From positions 30,132,001 to 30,196,000 of the forward strand of contig NC_092674.1 in NCBI RefSeq assembly GCF_964355755.1: 64,000 nucleotides of DNA, given 5' to 3'. A program made the position numbers and the translations under genes. Under the pieces are notes generated by a model, which was not told where the DNA came from, did not search any database, and worked only from the letters and a program-made list of their open reading frames with translations. Source of the stretch: Antedon mediterranea (Eukaryota; Animalia; Echinodermata). Shown here piece by piece: positions 26,117-38,832 of the stretch. The first letter of the stretch is position 1. Each line of letters starts with the position of its first letter.

Positions 26117-26827
26117 TAACTGATTGAATGTTTGATAGACCATAGAGATAGACAAACAGCACTAAAACAAAAACAATACTTTTGTGCAAATTAGGCAAAC
26201 AATGCGATTTCCTTTATGGAAGTTTTGTTCTTAAAAAATTAATTACTAATTAATAAATATGCTAATTGAATTAAAAGAAATTCTGATTGAGTGTGAACAA
26301 AGAAGTAATAGAAGTATCAGATGAGAAGCAAATAATATAACTTACAGTACAAAATGCCATCTAAGGCTAAATATCAATTTGTCCAAGATTTGAATATTTT
26401 AATTTTTAATATATATTATATATTTAATTTGTGAGGAGCATTACTGTTTGCTAATGTATGCATTAGCTATTTTTGTACAAAAAAACTAAAAATGACATTA
26501 TTTACACAAAAAACAAGGAAGAGTGTATTTTATGCTTCCCTGAAAAAAAAACAATCTTGGATGAGGGATAATTAGATTAGTAGAAATGTTACAGGTGCAT
26601 AGAGTGAGTGACTAGTAAACCACCATGGAAGAGGGAGATAATATGGTCTAATAATGGTCTTCCTATTAATAATAATATAATTTCAGAAAAATTACATTGT
26701 CATTGTTCTACAGTTTGTTCCTACAGAGGGGGCTATTTCAATAGTTTGCACTCATTTTGTGGGTGAAAAGTATAGAGGGGGTTGTTGTATTTATTATTGT
26801 AAAAGTTTTCATTTCAATTTTTTTCAG

Positions 26828-26888
26828 AATATCAGATGCAAAGAGTAAACTAACTCCTGTTCATCCATTGGAATATTCAGAAAAGCAT
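26828..26888 (+). CDS. POMP: POMP coding exon 3
   Basis: ttttcag| ISDAKSKLTPVHPLEYSEKH |gtaagt; 61 nt; contains the UMP1-family HPLE motif. Confidence 0.95.
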
Positions 26889-27332
26889 GTAAGTAAAATT
26901 GTTAATCTTTAAAGATGATTATTGTATCCCACAAAGATGAGGCACCAAAGAGATTACAGAGTGTCAACTCCAACAGAATCAAATGAACAGAGATGTGTCC
27001 CTGCCTTGTTTGCTGTCACCTAGTTGCCTAATCTATGTATAACCAAGACAACAACAAAGCCAGCCCAGTATAGTGTAACACTATACTGGGCTGGCTTTGC
27101 CAAGATAGGAACTCGTATTACAGTCCTTTAATACAGTACTGTACGACAGTTTGTACAGTACATATTCTCCATGTCGTGCGGTGTCTGTTAAAGATCGTGG
27201 AACTGATTGTGCAGCAGCCACACATAAACTCTTTGATCTTCAGAGCCCAGCATCCTTGGCCTTGGTATAACATGCTGTGGTTTGAGGAAATATTTATTGG
27301 TTGCAACATTTTGAATCTATATTTTTTTTCAG

Positions 27333-27434
27333 TATGATGGAAACCAGGATGAACTGACGATGCGAATGCTGCGTAACACACAGGGATTACATGCCCCTCT
27401 GAAACTGAGAATGGAGAAGCATATGCTAAAACAG
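27333..27434 (+). CDS. POMP: POMP coding exon 4
   Basis: tttcag| YDGNQDELTMRMLRNTQGLHAPLKLRMEKHMLKQ |gtaaaa; 102 nt; LRxxQGLxAPLKLxME is the UMP1/POMP signature. Confidence 0.96.
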
Positions 27435-27715
27435 GTAAAACTCAACTACATTCAATAACACAAGTATTAAGTACAGCACTAAAGGTAACACATTCAAGAC
27501 CCAACAAATCTTTCCTTAATAGGGGTGTCCCCTGAATAGGGATGTCCTCTGAATAGGAGTGTCCTCTGAATAGGAGTGTCCCCCTAAAAAAACACACAAA
27601 TATTTTCCCTTATTTTTTTTTCTCAGCAAAGGGTATCCTTAATACTAATAATTCTAATGTTATAATGAAAAAATAAATAAAATAAGACTTGGAAAATGTC
27701 TTTATACACAATTAG

Positions 27716-27809
27716 ATACCAAAGGGACCATGTATTGCCAGTACCAACATTGGGCTAGAAACACTGACTGGCGAAGACTTGGATATTGATGTCAAAGATG
27801 TGTATAACG
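27716..27809 (+). CDS. POMP: POMP coding exon 5
   Basis: ttag| IPKGPCIASTNIGLETLTGEDLDIDVKDVYN+G |gtacgt; 94 nt, phase 1; resembles the POMP LxGxDxxIxxxD segment. Confidence 0.93.
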
Positions 27810-27840
27810 GTACGTATATCTTTACTAACAGTAATAATAA

Positions 27841-30800
27841 CTAGACATGTAACTCGTCACTTTGACGAGTTTGGTTATCCGCCCCGCAAGTGGTGCAACA
27901 TTAACATTAAGGGGATAGGTTGAGGACAAAAGGAAGTGTTCACGTTGGCATTATGACCTGAACTGAAGAATATGATATGTTGTTATTGCTGAATTTTATT
28001 GTTTAAATTCATATATAGTATACACAGTATAATCTGTATCCATATCACATACAGTGTAGAATAGGTGAAATTACGGGACCCGCTATTTATTGCAATTTTT
28101 AACATGTTGACGGTTTTAAAATGAAACGCGAAGGTAGCAATTCCGAAAGAAAATTATCTCAGCAACAACGTATTAACGTGTAGAAGAAATTTGAATACGT
28201 GAAATATTGATGCGCGCTCTTTTAAATGTAATGAATTATGACGCAAAAGATGAAAATACGACCTTTTTTATTTAACTGGCCATATGATGACGTCACAACA
28301 TCCGATTGGCAACATTTTTACATAATTTCGTATCTACAATCCAATAGCTTCCAGAAAAAGTTTTAATCGTGATTATCACATTTTATTCTTACGAGCTATA
28401 ACAGATTAAAATTTACTGTAAAGATGAAATTGATGCCACACGTGATTTAAATTTTTAGGCATGACCACGTCAAAAAAATAAAAATATTTTTAACTCATGC
28501 GAAAGACAGTTGATTGACCTAGACTATATCAAAATCGGGGTGAAAATGGAAAACGGATAAGTGGAGATGCGCTCTATTCAATGTGATGAGCTATGACGAA
28601 AGATACAAAAATCCTATATTTTATATTCGCGTGGCCATACGATGACGTCACAATGTCCGGTTAGCCATATTAATACCTGATCCGACATCTACAACTCATC
28701 TACTTCCAGAATATGTCATCCAAAAAAAGTTGACCGTCTAGTTTAGAAATTACGACTGTTTAAAAAAAGGCATATTTTAAACGAATTGTTTAACCTTTTC
28801 ATAAAAAACGCGCGCAAATTGTCCAATTCGACGTGCTCGTATGACGTATCTTTAAGTCGAAATTGTTTAAAATTTGGTAAAATGACTAGAAAAGGCTGGA
28901 AAAACATAAATTACGCGAAAAAAATACGTTTTCAATGCTACGTGCGCACCGCACACGTAAAAATGTGCGCACGAGTGGGAATTTTTGACATGCTTAAAAC
29001 GACATGAAACGCGTAGAAAGTTGATTATAAATTAATTTTGCGCAATTTGAAATTTTAAATGCGCGTGCGCGCGTAACTTTGTGTAAAACACGCAATTTTT
29101 TTTCAACAGAAAGTTAGCGCATGATATAAATTAAACTTTTGCAAAGTTTCACTTTAAAATGTTATTTGGTTTTCGACATATGTTAAATACGAGAAAATCG
29201 TTAAATCGCGCGTACGTCACGTTGCGCAATTGTAAACGTCATGAAAAGCTTCGCATGACGACGTTACGTAAATGTCAAAATGTTAACATAGTTAACGAAA
29301 TGTTATGTTTGCGAGTTTCAGAGAAAAGCGTTACACAAAAATCATACAGAAAGAAAGAAGAAAAATAAAAAGTTGACTAGACATGTAACTCGTCACTTTG
29401 ACGAGTTTGGTTATCCGCCGCGCAAGTGGTGCAACATTAACATTAAGGGGATAGGTTGAGGACAAAAGGAAGTGTTCACGTTGGCATTATGACCTGAACT
29501 GAAGAATATGATATGTTGTTATTGCTGAATTTTATTATTTAAATTCATACATAGTATACACAGTATAATCTGTATCCATATCACATACAGTGTAGAATAG
29601 GTGAAATTACGGGACCCGCTATTTATTGCAATTTTTAACATGTTGACGGTTTTAAAATGAAACGCGAAGGTAGCAATTCCGAAAGGAAATTATCTCAGCA
29701 ACAACGTATTAACGTGTAGAAGAAATTTGTATACGTGAAATATTGATGCGCGCTCTTTTAAATGTAATGAATTATGACGCAAAAGATGAAAATACGATCT
29801 TTTTCATTTAACTGGCCATATGATGACGTCACAACATCCGATTGGCAACATTTTTACATAATTTCGTATCTACAATCCAATAGCTTCCAGAAAAAGTTTT
29901 AATCGTGATTATCACATTTTTTTCTTACGAGCTATAACAGATTAAAATTTACTGTAAAGATGAAATTAATGCCACACGTCATTTAAATTTTTAGGCATGA
30001 TGACGTCAAAAAAATTAAAATATTTTTAACTCATGCGAAAGACACTTGATTGACCTAGACAATATCAAAATCGGGGTTAAAATGGAAAACGGATAAGTGG
30101 AGATGCGCTCTATTCAATGTGATGAGCTATGACGAAAGATACAAAAATCCTAAATTTTATGTTTGCGTGGCCATACGATGACGTCACAATGTCCGGTTAG
30201 CCATATTAATACTTGATCCGATATCTAAAACTCATCTACTTCCAGAATATGTCATCCACAAAAATTTGACCGTCTAGTTTAGAAATTACGACTGTTTAAA
30301 AAAAGGCATATTTTAAACGAATTTTTTAACCTTTTCATAAAAAACGCGCGCAAATTGTCCAATTGGACGTGCTCGTATGACGTATCTTTAAGTCGAAATT
30401 GTTTAAAATTTGGTAAAATTACTAGAAAAAGCTGGAAAAACATAAATCACGCGAAAAAATACGTTTTCAATGCTACGTGCGCACGCGTGGGAATTTTTTA
30501 CATGCTTAAAACGACATGAAACGCGTAGAAAGTTGATTAGAAATTAATTTTGCGCATTTTGAAATTTTAAATGCGCGTGCGCGCGTAACTTTGTGTAAAA
30601 CACGCAATTTTTTTTCAACAGACAGTTAGCGCATGATATAAATTAAACTTTTGCAAAGTTTCACTTTAAAATATTATTTGGTTTTCGACATATGTTAAAT
30701 ACGAGAAAATCGTTAAATCGCGCGTACGTCGCGTTGCGCAATTGTAAACATCATGAAAAGCTTCGCTTGACGACGTTACGTGAATGTCAAAATGTTAACA

Positions 30801-31007
30801 TAGTTAACAAAATGTTATGTTTGCAAGTTTTAGAGAAAAGCGTTACACAAAAATCATACAGAAAGAAAGAAGATGACAAAAAAGATGATGATGATTTCGT
30901 ACAATCACAAGAGGTTATCCTGCAACTTCGTTGCGGATAACCAATGATGATGATGATTTCGTACAATCACAAGAGGTTATCCTGCAACTTCGTTGCGGAT
31001 AACCAAT
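27841..31007 (-). mobile_element. Non-autonomous Helitron2/Helentron-like element as a head-to-tail dimer in POMP intron 5
   Basis: Two near-identical units of about 1.54-1.57 kb (27841-29376, 29377-30945). On the minus strand each 3' end reads GCGGATAACCAA, hairpin AACTCGTCA-aag-TGACGAGTT, ACATGT, CTAG. The 5' end is TTGGTTATCCGC (asymmetric TIR) with a hairpin, present twice as a 62-bp tandem (30884-30945, 30946-31007). No TSD. Confidence 0.85.
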
Positions 31008-31185
31008 TCAGTTTATACTGCCATGAATTGTTTTATGTATATAGTTGTTGATGAATAAAAGATACCAAAAGTATAATAATAAGGAACACATAAAGGGAAT
31101 GCAGAAGATATTAAATTAAACAGTGAATTTTTCTATTCTTATGATTCGATCATTAATCTAATATATATATATTTTATTTTTGTAG

Positions 31186-31253
31186 CACCTGAAGATGCTG
31201 AAGTAATGGGTCACCCGCAAGCTATGATGGAGAAACAAATTGGACTCATATGA
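31186..31253 (+). CDS. POMP: POMP coding exon 6 (C-terminus)
   Basis: ttttgtag| (A)PEDAEVMGHPQAMMEKQIGLI TGA; POMP-like EVMGxPxxxxExxxGL end; AATAAA signals at about 31432 and 31458. Confidence 0.94.
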
Positions 31254-31885
31254 GCTCCTGTTTCCCTCCTCTATCGCTACTTTCACATTGCGGCTGGATT
31301 CGGTCTGGCGCCCTGAGTAATGTATTACATGCTCATCGAGCACGAATTTGGTTATCTGTTGTTAAACAAGGTCATTCATGCTCACTGCTGATTGGACAAA
31401 AGAAAACAATAATATGATTCAATTCAATTCAAATAAAAATTTATTTATTTCTTTTAAAATAAAATTAATACATTATAAATTCTGTGATTTTGTTTTTAAG
31501 AAAATTTTGTTTTATAATAAATCATAATTAAAAACGGTGATTAAATTATATAAAAAATAAAAGAAGAATCTCGGAAAACAAATGGCTTCTTGATCCATCA
31601 ACACAAATTCAGAGCCCGAATTAGGTATGAATTCAAATTTGGTATGCTTTACCACTGAAATTTTCTACGATATTTTTCTCAGGTCACCGGACCGAATCTA
31701 GGCGCGATGGGAAACCCCTTTTAGTCCAGTTTTTGATTCTATATTTTCTTAAGTGTATTGTATTCTCTGATGAATGCTTTTCATCAATTGGAGATCCTTT
31801 TCAAATTTACTATTGTAAATTAAAATAAGAAGTTATGAATGAATACATAACGCCTGCTAGCCTTAGCAAAGTGGCCCTAGTCCTA

Positions 31886-34800
31886 TAGTACAGGAAAACT
31901 ATGAAATATGGTTGAAAAAATTGCAACAGAATTTATTTCACCACAATGCATTTCTATAAGGTCCCTATATGAACATACTAAAAGTCTAGAAAAATCCAGG
32001 TAGGGGAAATAGGTTTTTTTAAACAAAATGGCCGCCAATGGCGAAAATTCCTAAAAAAGGACAAAAAAACATAAATGATAGATCTAATTACCACTTTATA
32101 ACAGTTTTTACAATGGTTTATATATTTCTTTACAATTTCGAAGATCTGACCTACAATAAACACATTATTTTAAGTGCTGTTAATTAGAAAATGGCCGAAA
32201 AACAAATGTTTAAGTATCTAGATATATCCCTATTGTTATAATAATATATAAAACGCAGTCCTTCCTATGCTTAATACATAGGATTACGGTGTCTATTAAT
32301 AAATCAGTTCATTTACATTTGTACTGTTATAACAATATATTACAACATTGGTGGTGCCAGTGGGGAGGGGTATAGGGATGGGAGATCAAATGGGAAGGGT
32401 GAGGGAGTCTGTCCGCCCCCCCATCCCCTCTCCACAATTGGCTATTTTTTATGTAGACAATATGATGATATTTCCTAATATAAAACAATACCCCATTGAG
32501 TGCTGTTTCAAGGATTTTAATTTTTAAAAGTGAGTAAAACTACCCTTTACCGGTATAATATTATCGGAACCTCTGGGTGCGCTCCCATTGATGGCCCAGC
32601 CAATTTATGCTGGCTGCGCTATCCACCCCTCTCCCCCACCCCCCCCCCCCTCATCGGGAAAATCCTTGCGCCACAATCTATTACCGTATTTATTCGGATA
32701 AACGCTACATTTAGAAAAATCGAATAAATGCCCCCCTCCCCCTCCATAGGACATCATTTTGAATAACCTACGCCACCGCACCCCCTCCCCCGCTCCCATC
32801 GGACATCATTTTGAATTTATTTCCTCGAATGTACGCTCGCCACATGCATATTATACACAATATTGTATTTTAACACATCTCTATTTGTAATAGAATTCAC
32901 TGAATGGTGTTGTATTTGTTCATATCTAAAGGGTGTATTTATTTGATTATACACGTTTCCCACATTACACCCACAAAAATATACGCCTCTCCGAAAAAAC
33001 TCCTCACGACGATTACACGCCCCCACTACCCTCCTTAAAAATCAACCACCAAGGGCATTTATTCAAATAAATGCGGTAATTTCACTTTCATCTTGTCAGT
33101 ATCTCATCCTCCATCTATTGGTGGGGAATTGAGCATGTGCTGATGCCGTGGCATTCTTAAAAAATAGTGGAGCAGCAGTCCAAACCATATTTTCTGCAAC
33201 GGCAATTCATTTTACTACAACCTTATTTATAGGTACATCTAATCAACTTTAATAGTTTCTCTGGTGCTGGTAGTCAATTTGTCATCAATACTTTCCATCC
33301 CTATGTGGGATGTGGGTTGAAGAGTATCTCCTATCCACTGCTATACCTGGTAATAAAGACTCACGAAATGAAATTTTGCAGCAAGGGAATAGATTTGCTT
33401 TTTGCAACTTTCTCAAAGAAAAGAGGCTGTCTAAAGTCTCCATTGACTTCCCTCCATAATATATAGGTACCAATGCCAAATTCCTGATGCAATGTTTTCT
33501 TTGTTTTTTAAACTGTTTGGTTTACAGAATTTGACATACAACTCCTACTGTGATGTGATGATTTTTAAGGCCAACACCTTTTCCTAAACCAAATTTACTT
33601 ACGGCCCATAATTATAGCCATTAAACACAATAGTTTTCTTTGCCTTCACATAACGTAATAAACATACATGGTACATAATAAGTGTCTTGAAATGTTGCTG
33701 TTTCGGGCCAAGAGGTTTGATGTAGCAAACAGTGGGCAGTGAGATGAAGGTTTGTGAGTAGTCTAGCAGTGTGTATGGAGTCAATGGAGTAAAAGAGGGC
33801 TGCAGGAAAAGTTTAAGATTTTTTTGTTGACCAAATGATGCATTGTGTATGACTGTCTCACATAGATGATGAAATAGTATATGTGAGGGAATGTGCACTG
33901 CTTCTTTATTGATGAATATGGTTGGTTTGACCCATGTGTTCTTTCCTCTTAAATTTATATTCTGTCACGGTTGCTTCATTTATTGATTTAATACTGTATG
34001 TTCTCGATGGGGGAGCACTGTGAATGCATGTAAAGTCTGTCCTTGGTGTGAAGCTCTGTAAAAATTAGTTTGCTTTTTATACATGGAATCCAGGGATATG
34101 ATACTACATCCCATCTATTTGGTATAGGAAAAGGTCTTAAAAAGTCTTAACACCTGGGCAGTAGTATGCTTACAAACTCTGTAAAACCAAACGTCTCCAA
34201 AAAAAAAGAAACCATCGCATCAGAGGAATTGGCATTGGTAGCTATACTGTATGGAGGAGGAATACGTTCTGGGAGAAAGTAGCAAAAAGCAAAACAGCAC
34301 TTGAAATAAAGTCTATTCCCCCTACAACAAATGCTGCAAAATGTCATTCCCTGCGTGTATATTACCATGGTACAGCAGTGGATAGAAAGTACTCTTCAAC
34401 CCACAGACTGGGGGATGGAAAGTTACAAATAGCGTGATGTGTCCATTGATGACAAATTTACCACCAGTACCACTGTTTGTGACGAATACCACGGCATCAG
34501 CACATGCTTAATTCCTACCTATAGACAGAGGATGATAACTGGACAATGAAAATGAATGGATTAATAGATTCTAAGATTGTATAATTCTATTGTTGTGACA
34601 GTACAAATGTAAATGAACTGTTTTATTAGACACCGTAGTCCTGCATTATAATGCATAGGACTACGTTGTCTATTATTATAACCGTGGTGAGCTTGATACT
34701 TAAATGTGTGTTTTTGTTGCTAAATAGCACTTAAATTAATATGTATATTGCAGTTTAAATGTTTGACACTAAAGAAATATAAAAAGCATTATAAAAACTG

Positions 34801-34955
34801 CTATCAAGTGGTAATTAGATATAAAATATATGTTTTTTGTTCATTTTTAGACATTTTTCGCCATTGGAAATGCATAGAAATGCATTGTGGTGAAAAAAAT
34901 TCTGTTGCAATTTTTTCAACCTTTTACTGATTCTGAGCATATCTTTCCTGTACTA
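31886..34955. mobile_element. Fold-back composite of two internally deleted Academ-like (XPG/PIN-domain) transposon remnants
   Basis: TAGTACAGG...CCTGTACTA termini with CTA on both flanks. Plus arm encodes LYVLDGGAL (33994), LLFIHGIQGYDTTSHLFGIGKG (34070), SIPPTTNAAKCHSLRVYY/VQQWIESTLQPTDWG. Minus arm encodes KTIVFNGYNYGP, FGLGKG, ALVPIYYGG. The arms are diverged inverted homologues. Confidence 0.75.
32684..33076. mobile_element. Tc1/mariner-pogo-like MITE nested in the left Academ-like arm
   Basis: TA|CCGTATTTATTCGGATAAACGC ... GCATTTATTCAAATAAATGCGG|TA; TA duplication. Confidence 0.75.
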
Positions 34956-35451
34956 CTAGCAGTTTTGGTAAACAAGGTTTGCCTCAAAACCTGAAAGGGT
35001 TATTTAATTTGTATTATGTTACTATTTTGAAGAAATAAATCATTGAAATAATAAACAACATGCAAGTATTGTTTTTTTAAACTGCTTTTAAACATTGTAA
35101 TACATATCATCATCATCTAGTATCTGCCTCATACGTATTGGCCCATGCCTTCCCTCTGGTCAAGGTGGACACTGGATGAGAGAAGCCCAATGTTAGGACC
35201 AATCAAGGTGCTTTAAACAATTATATGATACGCCAGCATATGCACTCAAGATCAGAAAATCATCATTGAGAAAAAGTTTTGTTTAACTTAGTAAAGTGCT
35301 ACATTCCTTCACAATATGACTTTTGACAAGTGATTCTTGTATATATGGAAAATGTAAAAATTAAAAGAATTATAACACAAATTCAAAATGTCCATTTTAT
35401 TGCCAATCAAAACTTATTTTGCTATACAACATTATAGTACTCTGTACTTTA

Positions 35452-35564
35452 AGCTTGGTCTAAACTATCAAACTAGTTTGAAAAAAAAAAATTGAAATGC
35501 CCAAATATTGTACATTTTTACTCTTTAGTCATATAAAGTTTAATAGGATAGTGAAGACAGAGCT
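35452..35564. mobile_element. MITE family A, degenerate copy about 120 bp upstream of the CHIC ATG
   Basis: AGCTTGGTCTAAACTATCAAACTAGTTTGA...GATAGTGAAGACAGAGCT. Confidence 0.6.
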
Positions 35565-35686
35565 TTATAATAGAAAAGAAACTTTATTTTAGTTCTCGAG
35601 TTCGCCCTCTATGTGTTTATCACACCACCACCACATACGACGACCACGATCGACACAACTCGTTCCGCGAGAAAAATGCAATCATC

Positions 35687-35811
35687 ATGGCCGAATTTGA
35701 TACAATATACGAAGAAGACAGCGAAGAAAGTGATGTTTACCCGGCTGTCGAATTAAGCATCAACACTTTACCAGATCCAATCATTATTAGAGGAGCTGGT
35801 TATGTTACTGT
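35687..35811 (+). CDS. CHIC2: CHIC1/CHIC2-like coding exon 1
   Basis: MAEFDTIYEEDSEESDVYPAVELSINTLPDPIIIRGAGYVTV |gtaagt, phase 2; resembles the CHIC2 MADFDEIYEEE...PDPVVVRGSGHVTV N-terminus. Preceded by a CpG-rich promoter-like tract (about 35590-35686). Confidence 0.95.
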
Positions 35812-36273
35812 GTAAGTTGAAAATCTAATTAATTTAGCGATATTGTGTTAATTATCCTTACTAAGCTAGGCCTAGGCCTAGTTGGCGTCTAGCCGGCTTT
35901 GGCTTAGCCTAAATAAATAATGGTACTGTTAGGCCTAGTACTGTGTATCATCAGCAGGCTACAGAGTAGAAGGCCTTTAGGCATAATTAAAGAAGGTAGC
36001 TTAGGCCTAGTTACTGTATTCTAGGCCCACTGTATTGACGATTTTAAGACCTACAAAATAAATATTGATAATAAATTATAGCATATAGGCCTAGGCCTAT
36101 TTAAGAATAAGAATTTTAATTTTTTATTATTCAAAATAGTAAATAAATTTATTTTTAAATAATAATTATTAATTATAATATAATTTTGTCTTCGATTTGA
36201 CTGTTTCATGCAATAATATAGGCTGTGTTCAAAGTTACATTGTATTGTATAAAATATTCATAATTTTATATTC

Positions 36274-37018
36274 GCCGTGGCTAAAGATACGGTACCGTAT
36301 TCTAACTTCTGTTTACTAAAGGTACGGTAAAATTGCATTACGTCATAATCAGCCAATGGGGTGCTGGTACGTGTGTGACGTCATCGTATAAGGATTTTTT
36401 TGATATCGCGAAAACAGTGATCAACCGCATTTTCTTTATGCTTCATTTATCGCCGTCGTGTGTGATAAAAACTAAATGTAGCCTACGTCTGTTATTATTA
36501 TTGAAAAAAACATGTTGATTTTAATTCTAGAATACAGAAAGCCGTTTCAAAAGAGGCCTAGGCCTACTTACTACGTACTATAACCTCATATGAGTTTGTT
36601 TGTGTATGGAAAGCGATGCCAGGCTGGGGCCAGCTAGCTGCATGTGTGCGCTGATTTCTGCGACTCAGCCCTGGGGCTACTGTCTAAATCATAGTATTTG
36701 AGGGCCCCTTTATTGTCCGCATTTGCTTGTTGTTTATGGTCACCATTGTAAACAAAGTTTAATAAAAAATATAGGCCTAAATAGGCCATTTGGAATAAAA
36801 ATAGAATCCTCATCAGCGCACACACATCCATGCAGCCTGGCGCCGCCGACAGGAATTCTCTACATACAACAAACGCGATATGAAAAAAAATTCAAAGTCC
36901 TTATACGATGACGTCACACACGTACCAGCACCCCATTGTCTGATTATGACATAATGCAATTTTACCGTACCTTTAGTAAACAGAAGTTAGAATACGGTAC
37001 CGTATCTGTAGCCACGAC
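36274..37018. mobile_element. MULE/Foldback-like non-autonomous element in CHIC intron 1
   Basis: About 120-bp near-perfect TIRs (GCCGTGGCTAAAGATACGGTACCGTATTCTAACTTCTG...TGACGTCATCGTATAAGGA); flanks ATTTTATATTC and ATTTTATATTT (10-11 bp TSD-like). Confidence 0.8.
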
Positions 37019-37046
37019 ATTTTATATTTGGGACACATGTAATAAA

Positions 37047-38832
37047 TAGTAGATACTGTGTACTTTGTTGAGTCCTTAAGGTGTCCTGAGTGCAAAGTAG
37101 TAGATACTGTGTACTTTGTTGAGTCCTTAAGGTGTCCTGAGTGCAAAGTAGTAGATACTGTGTACTTTGTTGAGTCCTTAAGGTGTCCTGAGTGCAAAGT
37201 AGTAGATACTGTGTACTTTGTTGAGTCCTTAAGGTGTCCTGAGTGCAAAGTAGTAGATACTGTGTACTTTGTTGAGTCCTTAAGGTGTCCTGAGTGCAAA
37301 GTAGTAGATACTGTGTACTTTGTTGAGTCCTTAAGGTGTCCTGAGTGCAAAGTAGTAGATACTGTGTACTTTGTTGAGTCCTTAAGGTGTCCTGAGTGCA
37401 AAGTACTAGATACTGTGTACTTTGTTGAGTCCTTAAGGTGTCCTGAGTGCAAAGTAGTAGATACTGTGTACTTTGTTGAGTCCTTAAGGTGTCCTGAGTA
37501 CAAAGTAGTAGATACTGTGTACTTTGTTGAGTCCTTAAGGTGTCCTGAGTGCAAAGTAGTAGATACTGTGTACTTTGTTGAGTCCTTAAGGTGTCCTGAG
37601 TGCAAAGTAGTAGATACTGTGTACTTTGTTGAGTCCTTAAGGTGTCCTGAGTGCAAAGTAGTAGATACTGTGTACTTTGTTAAGTCCTTAAGGTGTCCTG
37701 AGTGCAAAGTACTAGATACTGTGTACTTTGTTGAGTCCTTAAGGTGTCCTGAGTGCAAAGTAGTAGATACTGTGTACTTTGTTGAGTCCTTAAGGTGTCC
37801 TGAGTGCAAAGTACTAGATACTGTGTACTTTGTTGAGTCCTTAAGGTGTCCTGAGTGCAAAGTACTAGATACTGTGTACTTTGTTGAGTCCTTAAGGTGT
37901 CCTGAGTGCAAAGTAGTAGATACTGTGTACTTTGTTGAGTCCTTAAGGTGTCCTGAGTGCAAAGTACTAGATACTGTGTACTTTGTTGAGTCCTTAAGGT
38001 GTCCTGAGTGCAAAGTAGTAGATACTGTGTACTTTGTTGAGTCCTTAAGGTGTCCTGAGTGCAAAGTAGTAGATACTGTGTACTTTGTTGAGTCCTTAAG
38101 GTGTCCTGAGTACAAAGTAGTAGATACTGTGTACTTTGTTGAGTCCTTAAGGTGTCCTGAGTGCAAAGTAGTAGATACTGTGTACTTTGTTGAGTCCTTA
38201 AGGTGTCCTGAGTACAAAGTAGTAGATACTGTGTACTTTGTTGAGTCCTTAAGGTGTCCTGAGTGCAAAGTAGTAGATACTGTGTACTTTGTTGAGTCCT
38301 TAAGGTGTCCTGAGTACAAAGTAGTAGATACTGTGTACTTTGTTAAGTCCTTAAGGTGTCCTGAGTGCAAAGTAGTAGATACTGTGTACTTTGTTGAGTC
38401 CTTAAGGTGTCCTGAGTACAAAGTAGTAGATACTGTGTACTTTGTTGAGTCCTTAAGGTGTCCTGAGTGCAAAGTAGTAGATACTGTGTACTTTGTTGAG
38501 TCCTTAAGGTGTCCTGAGTGCAAAGTAGTAGATACTGTGTACTTTGTTGAGTCCTTAAGGTGTCCTGAGTACAAAGTAGTAGATACTGTGTACTTTGTTG
38601 AGTCCTTAAGGTGTCCTGAGTACAAAGTAGTAGATACTGTGTACTTTGTTGAGTCCTTAAGGTGTCCTGAGTGCAAAGTAGTAGATACTGTGTACTTTGT
38701 TGAGTCCTTAAGGTGTCCTGAGTGCAAAGTAGTAGATACTGTGTACTTTGTTGAGTCCTTAAGGTGTCCTGAGTGCAAAGTAGTAGATACTGTGTACTTT
38801 GTTGAGTCCTTAAGGTGTCCTGAGTGCAAAGT
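37047..38832. repeat. 51-bp minisatellite, about 35 copies, in CHIC intron 1 (source of the 600 and 644 aa ORFs)
   Basis: Unit AGTAGTAGATACTGTGTACTTTGTTGAGTCCTTAAGGTGTCCTGAGTGCAA with only three variable positions. Confidence 0.98.

Noticed and set aside
28786-30940. Short ORFs repeated at 29159 and 30692
   Set aside because: They lie within the duplicated non-autonomous Helitron-like unit and have no Rep or helicase motifs.
31760-31800. CTGATGA here and at 36810 and 43276 as further hammerheads
   Set aside because: No correctly placed stem II plus GAAA box.
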